A DNA stretch of 64,000 nt from Paracoccaceae bacterium. Lineage in GTDB: Bacteria; Pseudomonadota; Alphaproteobacteria; Rhodobacterales; Rhodobacteraceae. Shown piece after piece: positions 38,422-48,491 of this stretch. Numbering within the stretch: position 1 is the first letter of the stretch; every line of letters starts with the position of its first letter. The notes beneath the pieces were generated by a model. It did not search any database. It was not told the DNA's origin and saw only the letters and a program-made list of their open reading frames with translations. The translations under genes and the position numbers were made by a program. The stretch lies in NCBI GenBank assembly GCA_020441385.1, contig JAGRMG010000243.1, positions 18,732 through 82,731 of the forward strand. Reading direction: 5' to 3'.

Positions 38422-39638
38422 CGGCCGCGACGGGGGCGCCCCGCATGACCGACCGCAGCCAAAGCGGCAAATGGGATCCCGAAACGCAACCGCGCCCCGA
38501 AGGCGGCTGGTCGGAAAGCATCACGACGCTGCAGGGCGCGGTCGTGGTGCCGCCCACGGAAAGCAAGCTGGTGCAGGCGGCCGGCGTGCTGGATCGCGAA
38601 GGCGGCTATTGCCCGCAGGGCGCGCTGTGGCGCAAGCACCGGGCGATCACCACCCGGCCCGGGATGCCCGACGGTATCGGCGAAACCCTTGCGGGGCGCT
38701 GGTTGTGGGGCGGCGTTCTCTGGGTGCATTTCGGGCATTTCCTGGTCGAAAGCACCGCGCGCCTGTGGGCGCTGGACCGGCTGGACAGACCCGTCGACGG
38801 CATCCTGTTCATCCCCAAGCGGCCCAGGGTCGGCGACAGGGTGATGGGGTATCAGACCCGCTTTGCCGAGTTGATGGCCCCCGGCCTGCCGCTGCGCGTG
38901 GCCGCGGCCCCGACGCGGGTCGAGGAACTGGTGGTGCCGGGGCAGGGGTTCGGTCTGGGCGCGATCACCGCCGGCACGCGGGCCTTCCGCGATGCCATCC
39001 ACAACCGGTTCGCCCGCGACATCGCGCCCGAGGGGCCCGAACGGCTCTATATCTCGCGCTCGGCGCTGGGGCTGGGCAAGGGCGGCATGCTGGGCGAGGA
39101 ACGGCTCGAGGACATGCTCGAGGCCGAGGGCTATCACATCTTCCACCCGCAACAGCACGACCTGCCCGTGCAGATCGCCCGCTACAAGGCCGCGCGGCAG
39201 GTGATCGCGGCGGACGGCTCGGCGCTGCATCTTTATGCCATGGTGGGCCGGCCGGATCAGGGCGTGGCGATGATCCTGCGCCGCAAGTCGGGCGCCAACA
39301 ACCTTCTGGCCGACAACGTGGCGCATTTCTGCGGTTGTGCGCCATTGGTGGTCGAGGCGCTGCGCACCGAATGGGTGCGCGCCTCCAGGGGCAAGTCCGA
39401 CCGGCTGTCGTTCGGCGAACTCGACCATTCGGTGATCGCCCGGCGTCTGGGCGAGGCGGGGTTCGTGCGCAGGGGTCTGGACTGGCCCGTTCTGAGCGAA
39501 GCCGAACGCGAGGGCATTCTTGCCAGCCGACGGATCGCCGGCAACGACGCCTTCATCGAATCGCCGGAATTCGCCCGCGAGCGCGTCCGCCGGATGCGTC
39601 TGGCCCGGCGTGCGGCGCGCCGGCAGGCGGCAGGCTGA
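38418..39638 (+). CDS. Glycosyltransferase family 61/DUF563-like protein (tentative)
   Basis: The ATG at 38418 overlaps the regA stop (ATGA). VHFGHFLVESTARLWAL and the later IAADGSALH block resemble DUF563. Assigned by pattern only. Confidence 0.5.
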   Translation: MTAATGAPRMTDRSQSGKWDPETQPRPEGGWSESITTLQGAVVVPPTESKLVQAAGVLDREGGYCPQGALWRKHRAITTRPGMPDGIGETLAGRWLWGGVLWVHFGHFLVESTARLWALDRLDRPVDGILFIPKRPRVGDRVMGYQTRFAELMAPGLPLRVAAAPTRVEELVVPGQGFGLGAITAGTRAFRDAIHNRFARDIAPEGPERLYISRSALGLGKGGMLGEERLEDMLEAEGYHIFHPQQHDLPVQIARYKAARQVIAADGSALHLYAMVGRPDQGVAMILRRKSGANNLLADNVAHFCGCAPLVVEALRTEWVRASRGKSDRLSFGELDHSVIARRLGEAGFVRRGLDWPVLSEAEREGILASRRIAGNDAFIESPEFARERVRRMRLARRAARRQAAG

Positions 39639-39644
39639 GGCGGA

Positions 39645-40070
39645 TCAGCCCCGGCCCAGCTCTGCGCGCGTCAGCGGGCAGGGGACGCCGTCATAGAAGC
39701 TATCGATCACCTGGCCAAAGGCCGGATCGGCGCCGGGAACGGCGGAAAACAGCGTCATGGACGAACGCAGCTTGAGCGCATCTATCGAACCCAGGATATC
39801 CGCCGCGTCTTTGCCCGGATGCGTCAGGACAAGCCGCGCCGCCTGCACCAGCCGCGCCCGCAACCGGGCATCGCCCAGATAGGCCGCCGCCTCGTCCGGG
39901 CCGGACAGGCCAAAGCGTTGCGCCGTCTGCGACCGGCCAAGCGCGGCCAGCTGCGGGAACACGAACCACATCCAGTGGCCGGTTTTCCGGCCCGCCGTCA
40001 GTTCCGCCACGACCTGCGTCCAGACCCGGTCCTGAGCGTCGAGGAACTGTTCGGCCCGCTGCCAGGCCAT
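39645..40070 (-). CDS. DUF1810 family protein
   Basis: 141 aa. GRKTGHWMWFVFPQLAALGRSQTAQRFGL...AAAYL is the DUF1810 signature. Confidence 0.75.
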   Translation of the reverse strand: MAWQRAEQFLDAQDRVWTQVVAELTAGRKTGHWMWFVFPQLAALGRSQTAQRFGLSGPDEAAAYLGDARLRARLVQAARLVLTHPGKDAADILGSIDALKLRSSMTLFSAVPGADPAFGQVIDSFYDGVPCPLTRAELGRG

Positions 40071-40075
40071 GGGCC

Positions 40076-41302
<1,227 letters not shown>

Positions 41303-41410
41303 GGGTGTTTCCCTCTGGTTCGGAACGCCTGCCGGTTAGCGGGTTTTCAGTGCCGGGGCAAGGCGCGGCAGGCGGCCGCGAAATCCGCACCGCGCGCGAG
41401 GGCCAGCCGG

Positions 41411-41740
41411 TCAGACCGGCCCGTGCAGCGGCAGACCGGACAGGAATTCGGTGCGCGAGCGTTCGAATATGGCGATGATCGCGCCGATATCGACCCGCGC
41501 CGCGTGGCCGGCCGCAGCCTCGCGTTCGCCCTGCTGGCAGGCATCAGAAAATGCCTCGAACCCGAGGCTCAGCGCGCTGCCCTTGAGGAAATGCAATGCC
41601 TGTTCGAGATCGCCGCCAGCATCGGATCGCAGGTGTTCGATGGCATCGCCAACCTCTTCCATGAACAGTTCGACCACCTCGTCGAAGTCCTCGGCCCCGA
41701 CCTCGTCTCGCAATTCGTTCACGCGTGACCAGAGTATCAT
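41411..41740 (-). CDS. Stand-alone Hpt (histidine phosphotransfer) domain protein
   Basis: 109 aa with the Hpt motif ALHFLKGSALSLGF (phospho-accepting His). Confidence 0.75.
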   Translation of the reverse strand: MILWSRVNELRDEVGAEDFDEVVELFMEEVGDAIEHLRSDAGGDLEQALHFLKGSALSLGFEAFSDACQQGEREAAAGHAARVDIGAIIAIFERSRTEFLSGLPLHGPV

Positions 41741-41915
41741 GACACACCCCCAGCAAACACGCCCCGCACCGCCGTCTCACTAGCCCCGATGGCATGAACA
41801 GGCGGTTAAGCCGGGGCCGGCGGATACAAAGAACTTTAGGATTTACAGCCCGGTAACGAATGCGCGCGATGGTGGCGCGGTCGGCAGGTCCGGCCATTGG
41901 TTGAAGGAGTTCGAA

Positions 41916-43187
41916 GTGTCTATCCGCGGTCAGGTTCAAGCCCGGCCCGGCCTGGATGGCGGGCCGATCCGCCGCGTTCTCGTGGTCGATGACAGCCGCC
42001 TTCAACGCCGGATCCTGGCCGCGTCGCTGGCCCGCTGGGGCTTCGAGGTGCTGGAGGCCGATTGCGGCGCCCGCGCGCTGGAGCTTTGCGCGACCGCGCA
42101 GCCCGATCTGATTCTCAGCGACTGGATGATGCCGGGCATGTCGGGGCTGGAATTCTGCCGTGCCTTCCGCGATCTGCCGGCCGAGGGTTACGGCTATTTC
42201 ATCCTGCTCACCTCGAAATCCGAAAAATGCGAGATCGCGCAGGGGCTGGATGCGGGGGCCGACGATTTCCTGACCAAACCCGTCAACCCCCATGAATTGC
42301 GCGCTCGCATCGCCGCCGGGGCGCGCATCATCGAGATGCAGCGCGAACTGTCCCGCAAGAACCGCGTGATCTCGGACACGCTGGCCGAGTTGCAGGCCGT
42401 TCATGCCCGGATCGACCAGGATCTCGTGCAGGCCAGGAAGATACAGGAATCGCTGGTGCCGGAATTTTCCCGCAGCTTCGGCGCATCCCGCTTCAGCCTG
42501 CTGCTGAAGCCCTGCGGCCATATCGGCGGCGACCTGGTCGGGCTGTTCTCGCCGGGCCTGAACCGGGTCGGGTTCTACAGTATCGACGTGTCGGGCCATG
42601 GCATCACCTCGGCGCTGATGACGGCGCGGCTGGCGGGCTATCTGTCGAGCACGCATTTCGACCAGAACATCGCGATGGAATCGCGCCAGTACGAATTCTA
42701 CGGTCTGCGCCCGCCCGGCGATGTCGCCGAAACCCTGAACGCGCGGCTGATGACCAATACGGGAATCGACGAATATTTCACGATGGTTTACGCCACCGCC
42801 GATCTTTACACCGGCAGGGTCGCGATGGTGCAGTGCGGCCACCCCCACCCGCTGATCCTGCGCGCCGACGGGACCGCCGAATTCATCGGCGATGGCGGCA
42901 TGCCGATCGGGCTGCTGCCGCACCTCTCCTGCGACCGGTTCGAGACGCGGCTGTTTCCCGGCGACAGGCTGCTGCTCTACTCCGACGGGTTTACCGAATG
43001 CCGCACGAAGGACGGCCGCATGCTGGAGCCCGAGGGCCTGCTTGAACTGATCCGGAACCGCCTGCCGCACCGCACGGGCGGCGAACTTCTGGACGATGTG
43101 TTCACGGAACTGACGGGGGCGATGCCGCAGGGCCAAGGTCTCGATGACGACCTGTCGGCGATCCTTCTGGAATATGGCGGCGTCTGA
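41916..43187 (+). CDS. Response regulator with PP2C/SpoIIE-type phosphatase output (REC-PP2C, RsbU-like)
   Basis: REC domain (VLVVDDSRLQRR...DLILSDWMMPGMSG...TKP), a coiled linker, then PP2C motifs (GGDLVGLF, DVSGHGITSAL, LLLYSDGFTE). I start at GTG 41916, 6 nt after AAGGAG; the track uses TTG 41901. Confidence 0.8.
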   Translation: MSIRGQVQARPGLDGGPIRRVLVVDDSRLQRRILAASLARWGFEVLEADCGARALELCATAQPDLILSDWMMPGMSGLEFCRAFRDLPAEGYGYFILLTSKSEKCEIAQGLDAGADDFLTKPVNPHELRARIAAGARIIEMQRELSRKNRVISDTLAELQAVHARIDQDLVQARKIQESLVPEFSRSFGASRFSLLLKPCGHIGGDLVGLFSPGLNRVGFYSIDVSGHGITSALMTARLAGYLSSTHFDQNIAMESRQYEFYGLRPPGDVAETLNARLMTNTGIDEYFTMVYATADLYTGRVAMVQCGHPHPLILRADGTAEFIGDGGMPIGLLPHLSCDRFETRLFPGDRLLLYSDGFTECRTKDGRMLEPEGLLELIRNRLPHRTGGELLDDVFTELTGAMPQGQGLDDDLSAILLEYGGV

Positions 43188-43626
43188 GCGCCCGCGCAAA
43201 ACGGGAAGCGAAGTGACGATCGCCGGCATTGCCCAACGCGCGGGCGGCACGAGCGGCCGGCATGATGGCCGCGCGGTGAAACGGTTCGGTCGGATCGCCC
43301 AGCCTTCGCACCGGCCGCGCGAGATAGACAAGGCAGATCTTTTCGGCCCACAGGTCGTATTCGGGCATGTAGGCAAAGCGGCGAAAGGCACCGATGCGGC
43401 GCGGATCGGCGATGCGCCAGCCGGTTTCCTCGATCACCTCGCGGTGCAGCGCGGCGATGGGCGATTCGCCGGGGTCGATGCCGCCGCCGGGCAATTGCAG
43501 GTCGGGATGGGGCTGCGACTGTAGCGTCAGCAGCAGATCGCCGCCCAGCGGCAACACCGCGTAGACACCGCGCCGCAGAACATAGCGCCGGCCCGGTTCG
43601 GGCGCGTCGCCAAAGCGCCGGATCAT
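43102..43626 (-). CDS. Nudix hydrolase
   Basis: Nudix box GGGIDPGESPIAALHREVIEETG. Start at ATG 43626. The 3' tail overlaps the convergent REC-PP2C gene by 86 nt. Confidence 0.72.
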   Translation of the reverse strand: MIRRFGDAPEPGRRYVLRRGVYAVLPLGGDLLLTLQSQPHPDLQLPGGGIDPGESPIAALHREVIEETGWRIADPRRIGAFRRFAYMPEYDLWAEKICLVYLARPVRRLGDPTEPFHRAAIMPAARAARALGNAGDRHFASRFARALRRRHIPEGSPTGRHRDLGPAASPPSVP

Positions 43627-43702
43627 GCTCTTCGCCCTTTCATCGCCACCCCTTGCGCCTATATAGCGCGGTATGCCAACAGGCGGCGAACAAGGAAACC
43701 CC

Positions 43703-44689
43703 ATGACGTTCGGATCGAAAATCGCGTGGGACGATACGGTCCTGCCCTTCCAGCTTGACGCACCTGGAACCCGGGGCCGGGTGGCGCGTCTGGACGGCGT
43801 TCTCGACGGCATCCTGAAACAGCACGACTATCCCGCGCAGGTCGAGGCGCTGGTTGCGGAAATGGCGCTGCTGACCGCGCTGATCGGCCAGACCGTCAAG
43901 CTGCGCTGGAAGCTGTCGCTTCAGGTGCAGTCCAACGGCCCGGTGCGCATGATCGCCACCGACTATTTCGCGCCCGGCGAGGCGGGCGAACCGGCCCGCA
44001 TCCGCGCCTATGCCGGTTTCGACCGCGACCGGCTGGGCCCGGGCAGGCCGTTCGACCAGATCGGCACGGGCTATTTCGCCATCCTGATCGACCAGGGCCG
44101 CGACATGGCGCCCTATCAGGGCATAACGCCCCTGACCGGGGCGTCGCTGTCGGCCTGCGCCGAAGCCTATTTCGCGCAATCCGAACAGCTGCCGACGCGG
44201 TTTTCGCTGAGCTTCGGAAAGTCCGCCGAACCGGGCGTGGCCGAGCGCTGGCGCGCGGGCGGCGTCATGTTGCAGCAACTGCCCAAGGCGTCTTCGCCCG
44301 CCGCTTCGGGCCCGGGAACCGGCGACATCCTGACCGCCACCGATCTGGTGGATGGCGAGGAAGGCGAGAACTGGAATCGGGTGAACCTGCTGCTGGACAC
44401 CGTCGAGGACATGGAACTGATCGGCCCGGTGGTGCCGCCGACCGACCTTCTGGTGCGGCTGTTTCACGAGGAGGCCCCGCGCGTGTTCGATGCCCAGCCG
44501 GTGCGGTTCGGCTGCACCTGTTCGGAAGACCGGGTGCGCCGGAGCCTGTCGATCTATTCCGCGCGCGACATTGCGACGATGACGACGGACGAGGGCCGCG
44601 TCACCGCCGATTGCCAGTTCTGCGGCGCGCATTACGATCTCGACCCTGCCACGCTGGGATTCGAGGCCGGGCAGGGCGAAGGTGACTGA
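43703..44689 (+). CDS. hslO: Redox-regulated chaperone Hsp33
   Basis: C-terminal zinc centre CTCSEDRV...CQFCGAHY. I start at ATG 43703, preceded by AAGGAA; the alternative is 43673. Confidence 0.88.
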   Translation: MTFGSKIAWDDTVLPFQLDAPGTRGRVARLDGVLDGILKQHDYPAQVEALVAEMALLTALIGQTVKLRWKLSLQVQSNGPVRMIATDYFAPGEAGEPARIRAYAGFDRDRLGPGRPFDQIGTGYFAILIDQGRDMAPYQGITPLTGASLSACAEAYFAQSEQLPTRFSLSFGKSAEPGVAERWRAGGVMLQQLPKASSPAASGPGTGDILTATDLVDGEEGENWNRVNLLLDTVEDMELIGPVVPPTDLLVRLFHEEAPRVFDAQPVRFGCTCSEDRVRRSLSIYSARDIATMTTDEGRVTADCQFCGAHYDLDPATLGFEAGQGEGD

Positions 44690-45278
44690 CACCGCGGCGA
44701 TGCTGCGCGCCGCGCTGGCGCGGCCGGGGGCGTCGTCGTCCGATTTCGATCTCAACCCCGATACCGCGCTGCCAGCCGGGCGGGTGCTGCGGCCGGCCGG
44801 CGTGCTGGTGCCGGTGGCGCTGGCGGGCGGCCAGCCGCGGCTGATCCTGACCAAGCGGTCATCGGCGCTGAAACATCACCCCGGCCAGATCGCCTTTCCC
44901 GGCGGCAAGCAGGACGAGGGCGATGCCGATGTCGTTGCCGCCGCGCTGCGCGAGGCGCGCGAGGAGATCGGGTTGCCCGAGGGCATGGCCGAGGTGCTGG
45001 GCCATATGCCCGACCATGAAACCGTGACCGGGTTCCGGGTAACGCCGGTGGTCGCGGTGATCCGCGATGCCTTCGTTCCGGTGCCGGAACCGGGCGAAGT
45101 GGCCGAGGTGTTCACGGTGCCGCTTGCCCATGTCACCGATCCGGCGAACTATATCGTCGAATCGCGCTACTGGGCGGGGCAGCGGCGGTTCTACTTCACG
45201 GTGCCCTTCGGCCCCTACTATATCTGGGGCGCGACCGCGCGCATGTTGCGCGCCCTTGCCGCGCGGATGCGCCCATGA
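44682..45278 (+). CDS. CoA pyrophosphatase-type Nudix hydrolase
   Basis: 198 aa. HPGQIAFPGGKQDEGDADVVAAALREAREEIGL is a Nudix box with the upstream CoA-ase motif. Confidence 0.8.
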   Translation: MTDTAAMLRAALARPGASSSDFDLNPDTALPAGRVLRPAGVLVPVALAGGQPRLILTKRSSALKHHPGQIAFPGGKQDEGDADVVAAALREAREEIGLPEGMAEVLGHMPDHETVTGFRVTPVVAVIRDAFVPVPEPGEVAEVFTVPLAHVTDPANYIVESRYWAGQRRFYFTVPFGPYYIWGATARMLRALAARMRP

Positions 45279-46435
45279 CCCCCAGGATCACCGATGCCTG
45301 GCTGACCGAACCCGCGACCCAGGCGGTCTGTGCCGCGCTCGAGGCGGGCGGCGCGCGGGCGCTGTTCGTCGGCGGCTGCGTGCGCAACGCGCTGCTGGGC
45401 GTGGCGGTCAGCGATATCGACATTGCCACCGACGCGCGCCCCGAGCGGGTGATCGAACTGGCCCGCGCCGCGAATATCAGGGCGGTGCCGACGGGAATCG
45501 CGCATGGCACGGTGACGCTGGTGAACCGGGGCATCGCGCACGAGGTCACGACCTTTCGCCGCGATGTCCGGACCGACGGCCGCCGTGCCGTGATCGCCTT
45601 TGCCGAGCGCATCGAGGACGACGCCGCGCGCCGCGATTTCACCATGAACGCGCTTTATGCCCGGCCCGATGGCACGGTGCTGGACCCGCTGGGCGGACTG
45701 CCGGACATGCGCGCCCGCCGGGTGCGCTTCATCCGCGATGCCACCGACCGCATCCGGGAGGATTATCTGCGATCCCTGCGCTATTTCCGGTTCCACGCCT
45801 GGTATGGCGACCCGGAGGCCGGTTTCGACCCCGACGCGCTTGGCGCCATCGCCGCGAACCTGGACGGGCTTGCGGCGTTGTCGCGCGAACGCATCGGGGC
45901 TGAAATGCTCAAGCTGCTCGCGGCCCCCGATCCGGCGCCATCCGTGGCGGCGATGCGTTCGACGGGGGCGCTGGGCAAGGTGTTGCCGGGCGCCGACGAC
46001 CGGCTGCTTGGCCCCCTTGTGCACCTTGAGGGGCAGGCCGGCGCGGCCCCCGATCCGCTGCGCCGCCTGGCCTGTCTTGGCGGGGTCGACATGGCCGAGG
46101 CACTGCGGCTGAGCCGGGCGCAGGCGCGCGCGCTGGATGAGATGCGGGACGCGGCGGGCAACACCGCCGGGCCGGGCGAACTGGGCTTCCGGCTGGGCGC
46201 CGCGCGTGCGCGCGACGTGCTGCTGCTGCGCGCCGCGATGCTGGGCGCGCCCTGGGACACAGGCGCGATGGCAGCCGCCGAGCGGGGCGCGCGGGCGGTC
46301 TTTCCGGTCGACCCCGCCGACCTGATGCCGCGCTTGCAGGGGGCGGCGCTGGGCGCGGCGCTGAGCCGGCTGGAACGCGACTGGATCGCCTCGGATTTCG
46401 CCCTGACCGGCGCAGAGTTGCTGAAACGGGTCTGA
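45275..46435 (+). CDS. cca: CCA-adding tRNA nucleotidyltransferase (class II poly(A) polymerase family)
   Basis: 386 aa with the head-domain motif FVGGCVRNALLG...DIDIAT and RRDFTMNAL. Confidence 0.85.
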   Translation: MTPRITDAWLTEPATQAVCAALEAGGARALFVGGCVRNALLGVAVSDIDIATDARPERVIELARAANIRAVPTGIAHGTVTLVNRGIAHEVTTFRRDVRTDGRRAVIAFAERIEDDAARRDFTMNALYARPDGTVLDPLGGLPDMRARRVRFIRDATDRIREDYLRSLRYFRFHAWYGDPEAGFDPDALGAIAANLDGLAALSRERIGAEMLKLLAAPDPAPSVAAMRSTGALGKVLPGADDRLLGPLVHLEGQAGAAPDPLRRLACLGGVDMAEALRLSRAQARALDEMRDAAGNTAGPGELGFRLGAARARDVLLLRAAMLGAPWDTGAMAAAERGARAVFPVDPADLMPRLQGAALGAALSRLERDWIASDFALTGAELLKRV

Positions 46436-46498
46436 ACCGGCTGTTCCGCCGCAGGTTTGCGGCCTATACCGGGGCGGCCGCTGTACCCCCGCAAGTTG

Positions 46499-48349
46499 GT
46501 GCGAATCTTGTTCAGATACTTCGAAAATCTGGTCAATCCCTATGTGGATTACCCCGAGGAGGACCGCCCGCCCACGCGGCTTTGGCCGTTCATGATGGGC
46601 TATGCGCGCCCGTTCGCACGGGTGTTCGTCTGGGCCGGCCTGCTGTCGGTGCTGGTGGCGGCGGTCGAGGTCTGGCTGATCTTCTACATGGGCCGGGTGG
46701 TGGACATCCTGGGCCGCGACGACCCGGCGCGGGTCTGGTCGCAATACGGCATCGAACTGATCGCGGTGGCGCTGTTCATCCTGCTGCTGCGGCCCCTGCT
46801 GCATGTCGTCGACGTGATGCTTCTGAACAACGCCATCCTTCCGAATTTCGGAACCCTGATCCGGTGGCGTGCGCACAAGCATGTGCTGCGCCAGTCGGTC
46901 GGCTGGTTCGAGAACGATTTCGCCGGGCGCATCGCCAACCGAATCATGCAGACCCCGCCCGCCGCGGGCGAGGTGGTGTTTCAGGTCTTCGACGCCATTT
47001 CCTTCGCGCTGGCCTACCTGATCGGCGCCGCGGTGCTGCTGATGGCGTCCGATGCGCGGCTGCTGATACCGCTGGCGATCTGGTTTGCGCTCTATGTGGT
47101 GCTGATCCGCTGGACCGTGGCCCGCGTCGGGCCGGCATCCAAGGCGGCCTCGGATGCGCGTTCGGCGATCACGGGGCGGGTGGTGGACAGCTATACCAAC
47201 ATCCATTCGGTCAAGATGTTCGCCCATCACGAACAGGAACTGGATTATGCCCGCGAGGCCATCGAGAGGTCGCGCGAGACCTTCCAGGCGGAAATGCGCA
47301 TCTTCACGCTGATGGACGTGGTTCTGGTTTCGCTGAACGGGCTGCTGATCGTCGGCGTCGTGGGCTGGGCGATCGCCTTGTGGATGCAGGGGCAGGCATC
47401 CGTCGGCGTGGTGGCGGCGGCGACGGCGCTGACATTGCGGCTGAACGCCATGACCGGATGGATCATGTGGGCGCTGACCACGTTCTTCCGCCAGCTCGGT
47501 GTCGTGGCCGAGGGGATGGAGACCATCGCCCAGCCCATCGACCTCGTGGATGCCGCCGCCGCCAGACCTCTGGCGCTGCGCGAGGGCAAGATCGAGCTGC
47601 GCGGCCTGTCCCACCACTACGGGCGCGGCGCCGGCGGGCTGGACCGCATCGACCTGACCATCGAGCCGGGGCAGAAGGTTGGCCTGATCGGCCGGTCGGG
47701 GGCGGGCAAATCGACCCTGATCAAGCTGCTCTTGCGGTTCTACGACGCCGAGGCCGGGCAGATCCTGATCGACGGGCAGGACATATCGGAGGTGCGGCAG
47801 GACAGCCTGCGCGGCCATATCGGCATGGTGCAGCAGGACAGTTCGCTGTTGCACAGGTCGGTGCGCGACAACATCCTTTACGGCCGCCCCGATGCCGGCG
47901 AGGACGAAATGATCGCCGCCGCCAGGCAGGCCGAGGCGCACGAATTCATCCTCGATCTGACCGACCCGCAGGGCCGGCACGGCTATGACGCGCATGTCGG
48001 CGAACGCGGGGTCAAGCTGTCGGGAGGGCAGCGCCAGCGGGTGACGCTGGCGCGGGTGATCCTGAAGGATGCCCCGATCCTGCTGCTGGACGAGGCGACC
48101 AGCGCGCTGGACAGCGAGGTCGAGGCCGCCATTCAGGATACGCTTTACGGCATGATGCAGGGCAAGACGGTGATCGCGATCGCGCACCGCCTGTCCACCA
48201 TCGCGCAGATGGACCGCATCCTGGTCATGGACCGGGGCCGCATCGTCGAACAGGGCAGCCACGCCGACCTGCTGGCGCGCGGCGGCCTTTACGCGCGGTT
48301 CTGGGCGCGCCAGTCGGGCGGGTTCCTGGATGCGGACGCGGCGGAATAG
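46499..48349 (+). CDS. Fused ABC transporter permease/ATP-binding protein (exporter type)
   Basis: Six-helix TMD plus an NBD with Walker A GRSGAGKST, the signature LSGGQRQR and Walker B ILLLDEATS. The start is ambiguous (GTG 46499, TTG 46496 or 46508; the track gives 46457). Confidence 0.85.
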   Translation: MRILFRYFENLVNPYVDYPEEDRPPTRLWPFMMGYARPFARVFVWAGLLSVLVAAVEVWLIFYMGRVVDILGRDDPARVWSQYGIELIAVALFILLLRPLLHVVDVMLLNNAILPNFGTLIRWRAHKHVLRQSVGWFENDFAGRIANRIMQTPPAAGEVVFQVFDAISFALAYLIGAAVLLMASDARLLIPLAIWFALYVVLIRWTVARVGPASKAASDARSAITGRVVDSYTNIHSVKMFAHHEQELDYAREAIERSRETFQAEMRIFTLMDVVLVSLNGLLIVGVVGWAIALWMQGQASVGVVAAATALTLRLNAMTGWIMWALTTFFRQLGVVAEGMETIAQPIDLVDAAAARPLALREGKIELRGLSHHYGRGAGGLDRIDLTIEPGQKVGLIGRSGAGKSTLIKLLLRFYDAEAGQILIDGQDISEVRQDSLRGHIGMVQQDSSLLHRSVRDNILYGRPDAGEDEMIAAARQAEAHEFILDLTDPQGRHGYDAHVGERGVKLSGGQRQRVTLARVILKDAPILLLDEATSALDSEVEAAIQDTLYGMMQGKTVIAIAHRLSTIAQMDRILVMDRGRIVEQGSHADLLARGGLYARFWARQSGGFLDADAAE

Positions 48350-48422
48350 CGCGGCACCCGGGCGTCTGCATCGGCCGGTGTGGTTCCTGCCCGGCCGGCC
48401 CGGGGCAAGCCGCCGCCACCGG

Positions 48423-48445
48423 CCCGGCCCCCGCTTGGGGCCGGG
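48423..48445 (+). terminator. GC-rich hairpin downstream of the ABC gene (terminator-like, no U-tract)
   Basis: CCCGGCCCC (48423-48431) pairs with GGGGCCGGG (48437-48445) around a 5-nt loop. Confidence 0.3.
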
Positions 48446-48491
48446 GCATGACCAACTTGCCGCCGCGCCCGCCTTGCCGCAATAAAACGTC

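Noticed and set aside
44460-44475. Additional parS-like sequence (ctgtttcacgaggagg in hslO). Other TTTCAC half-sites lie near 13321, 24911 and 57905
   Set aside because: Only one half of the palindrome matches (about 11/16 or less). These are most likely chance half-sites.
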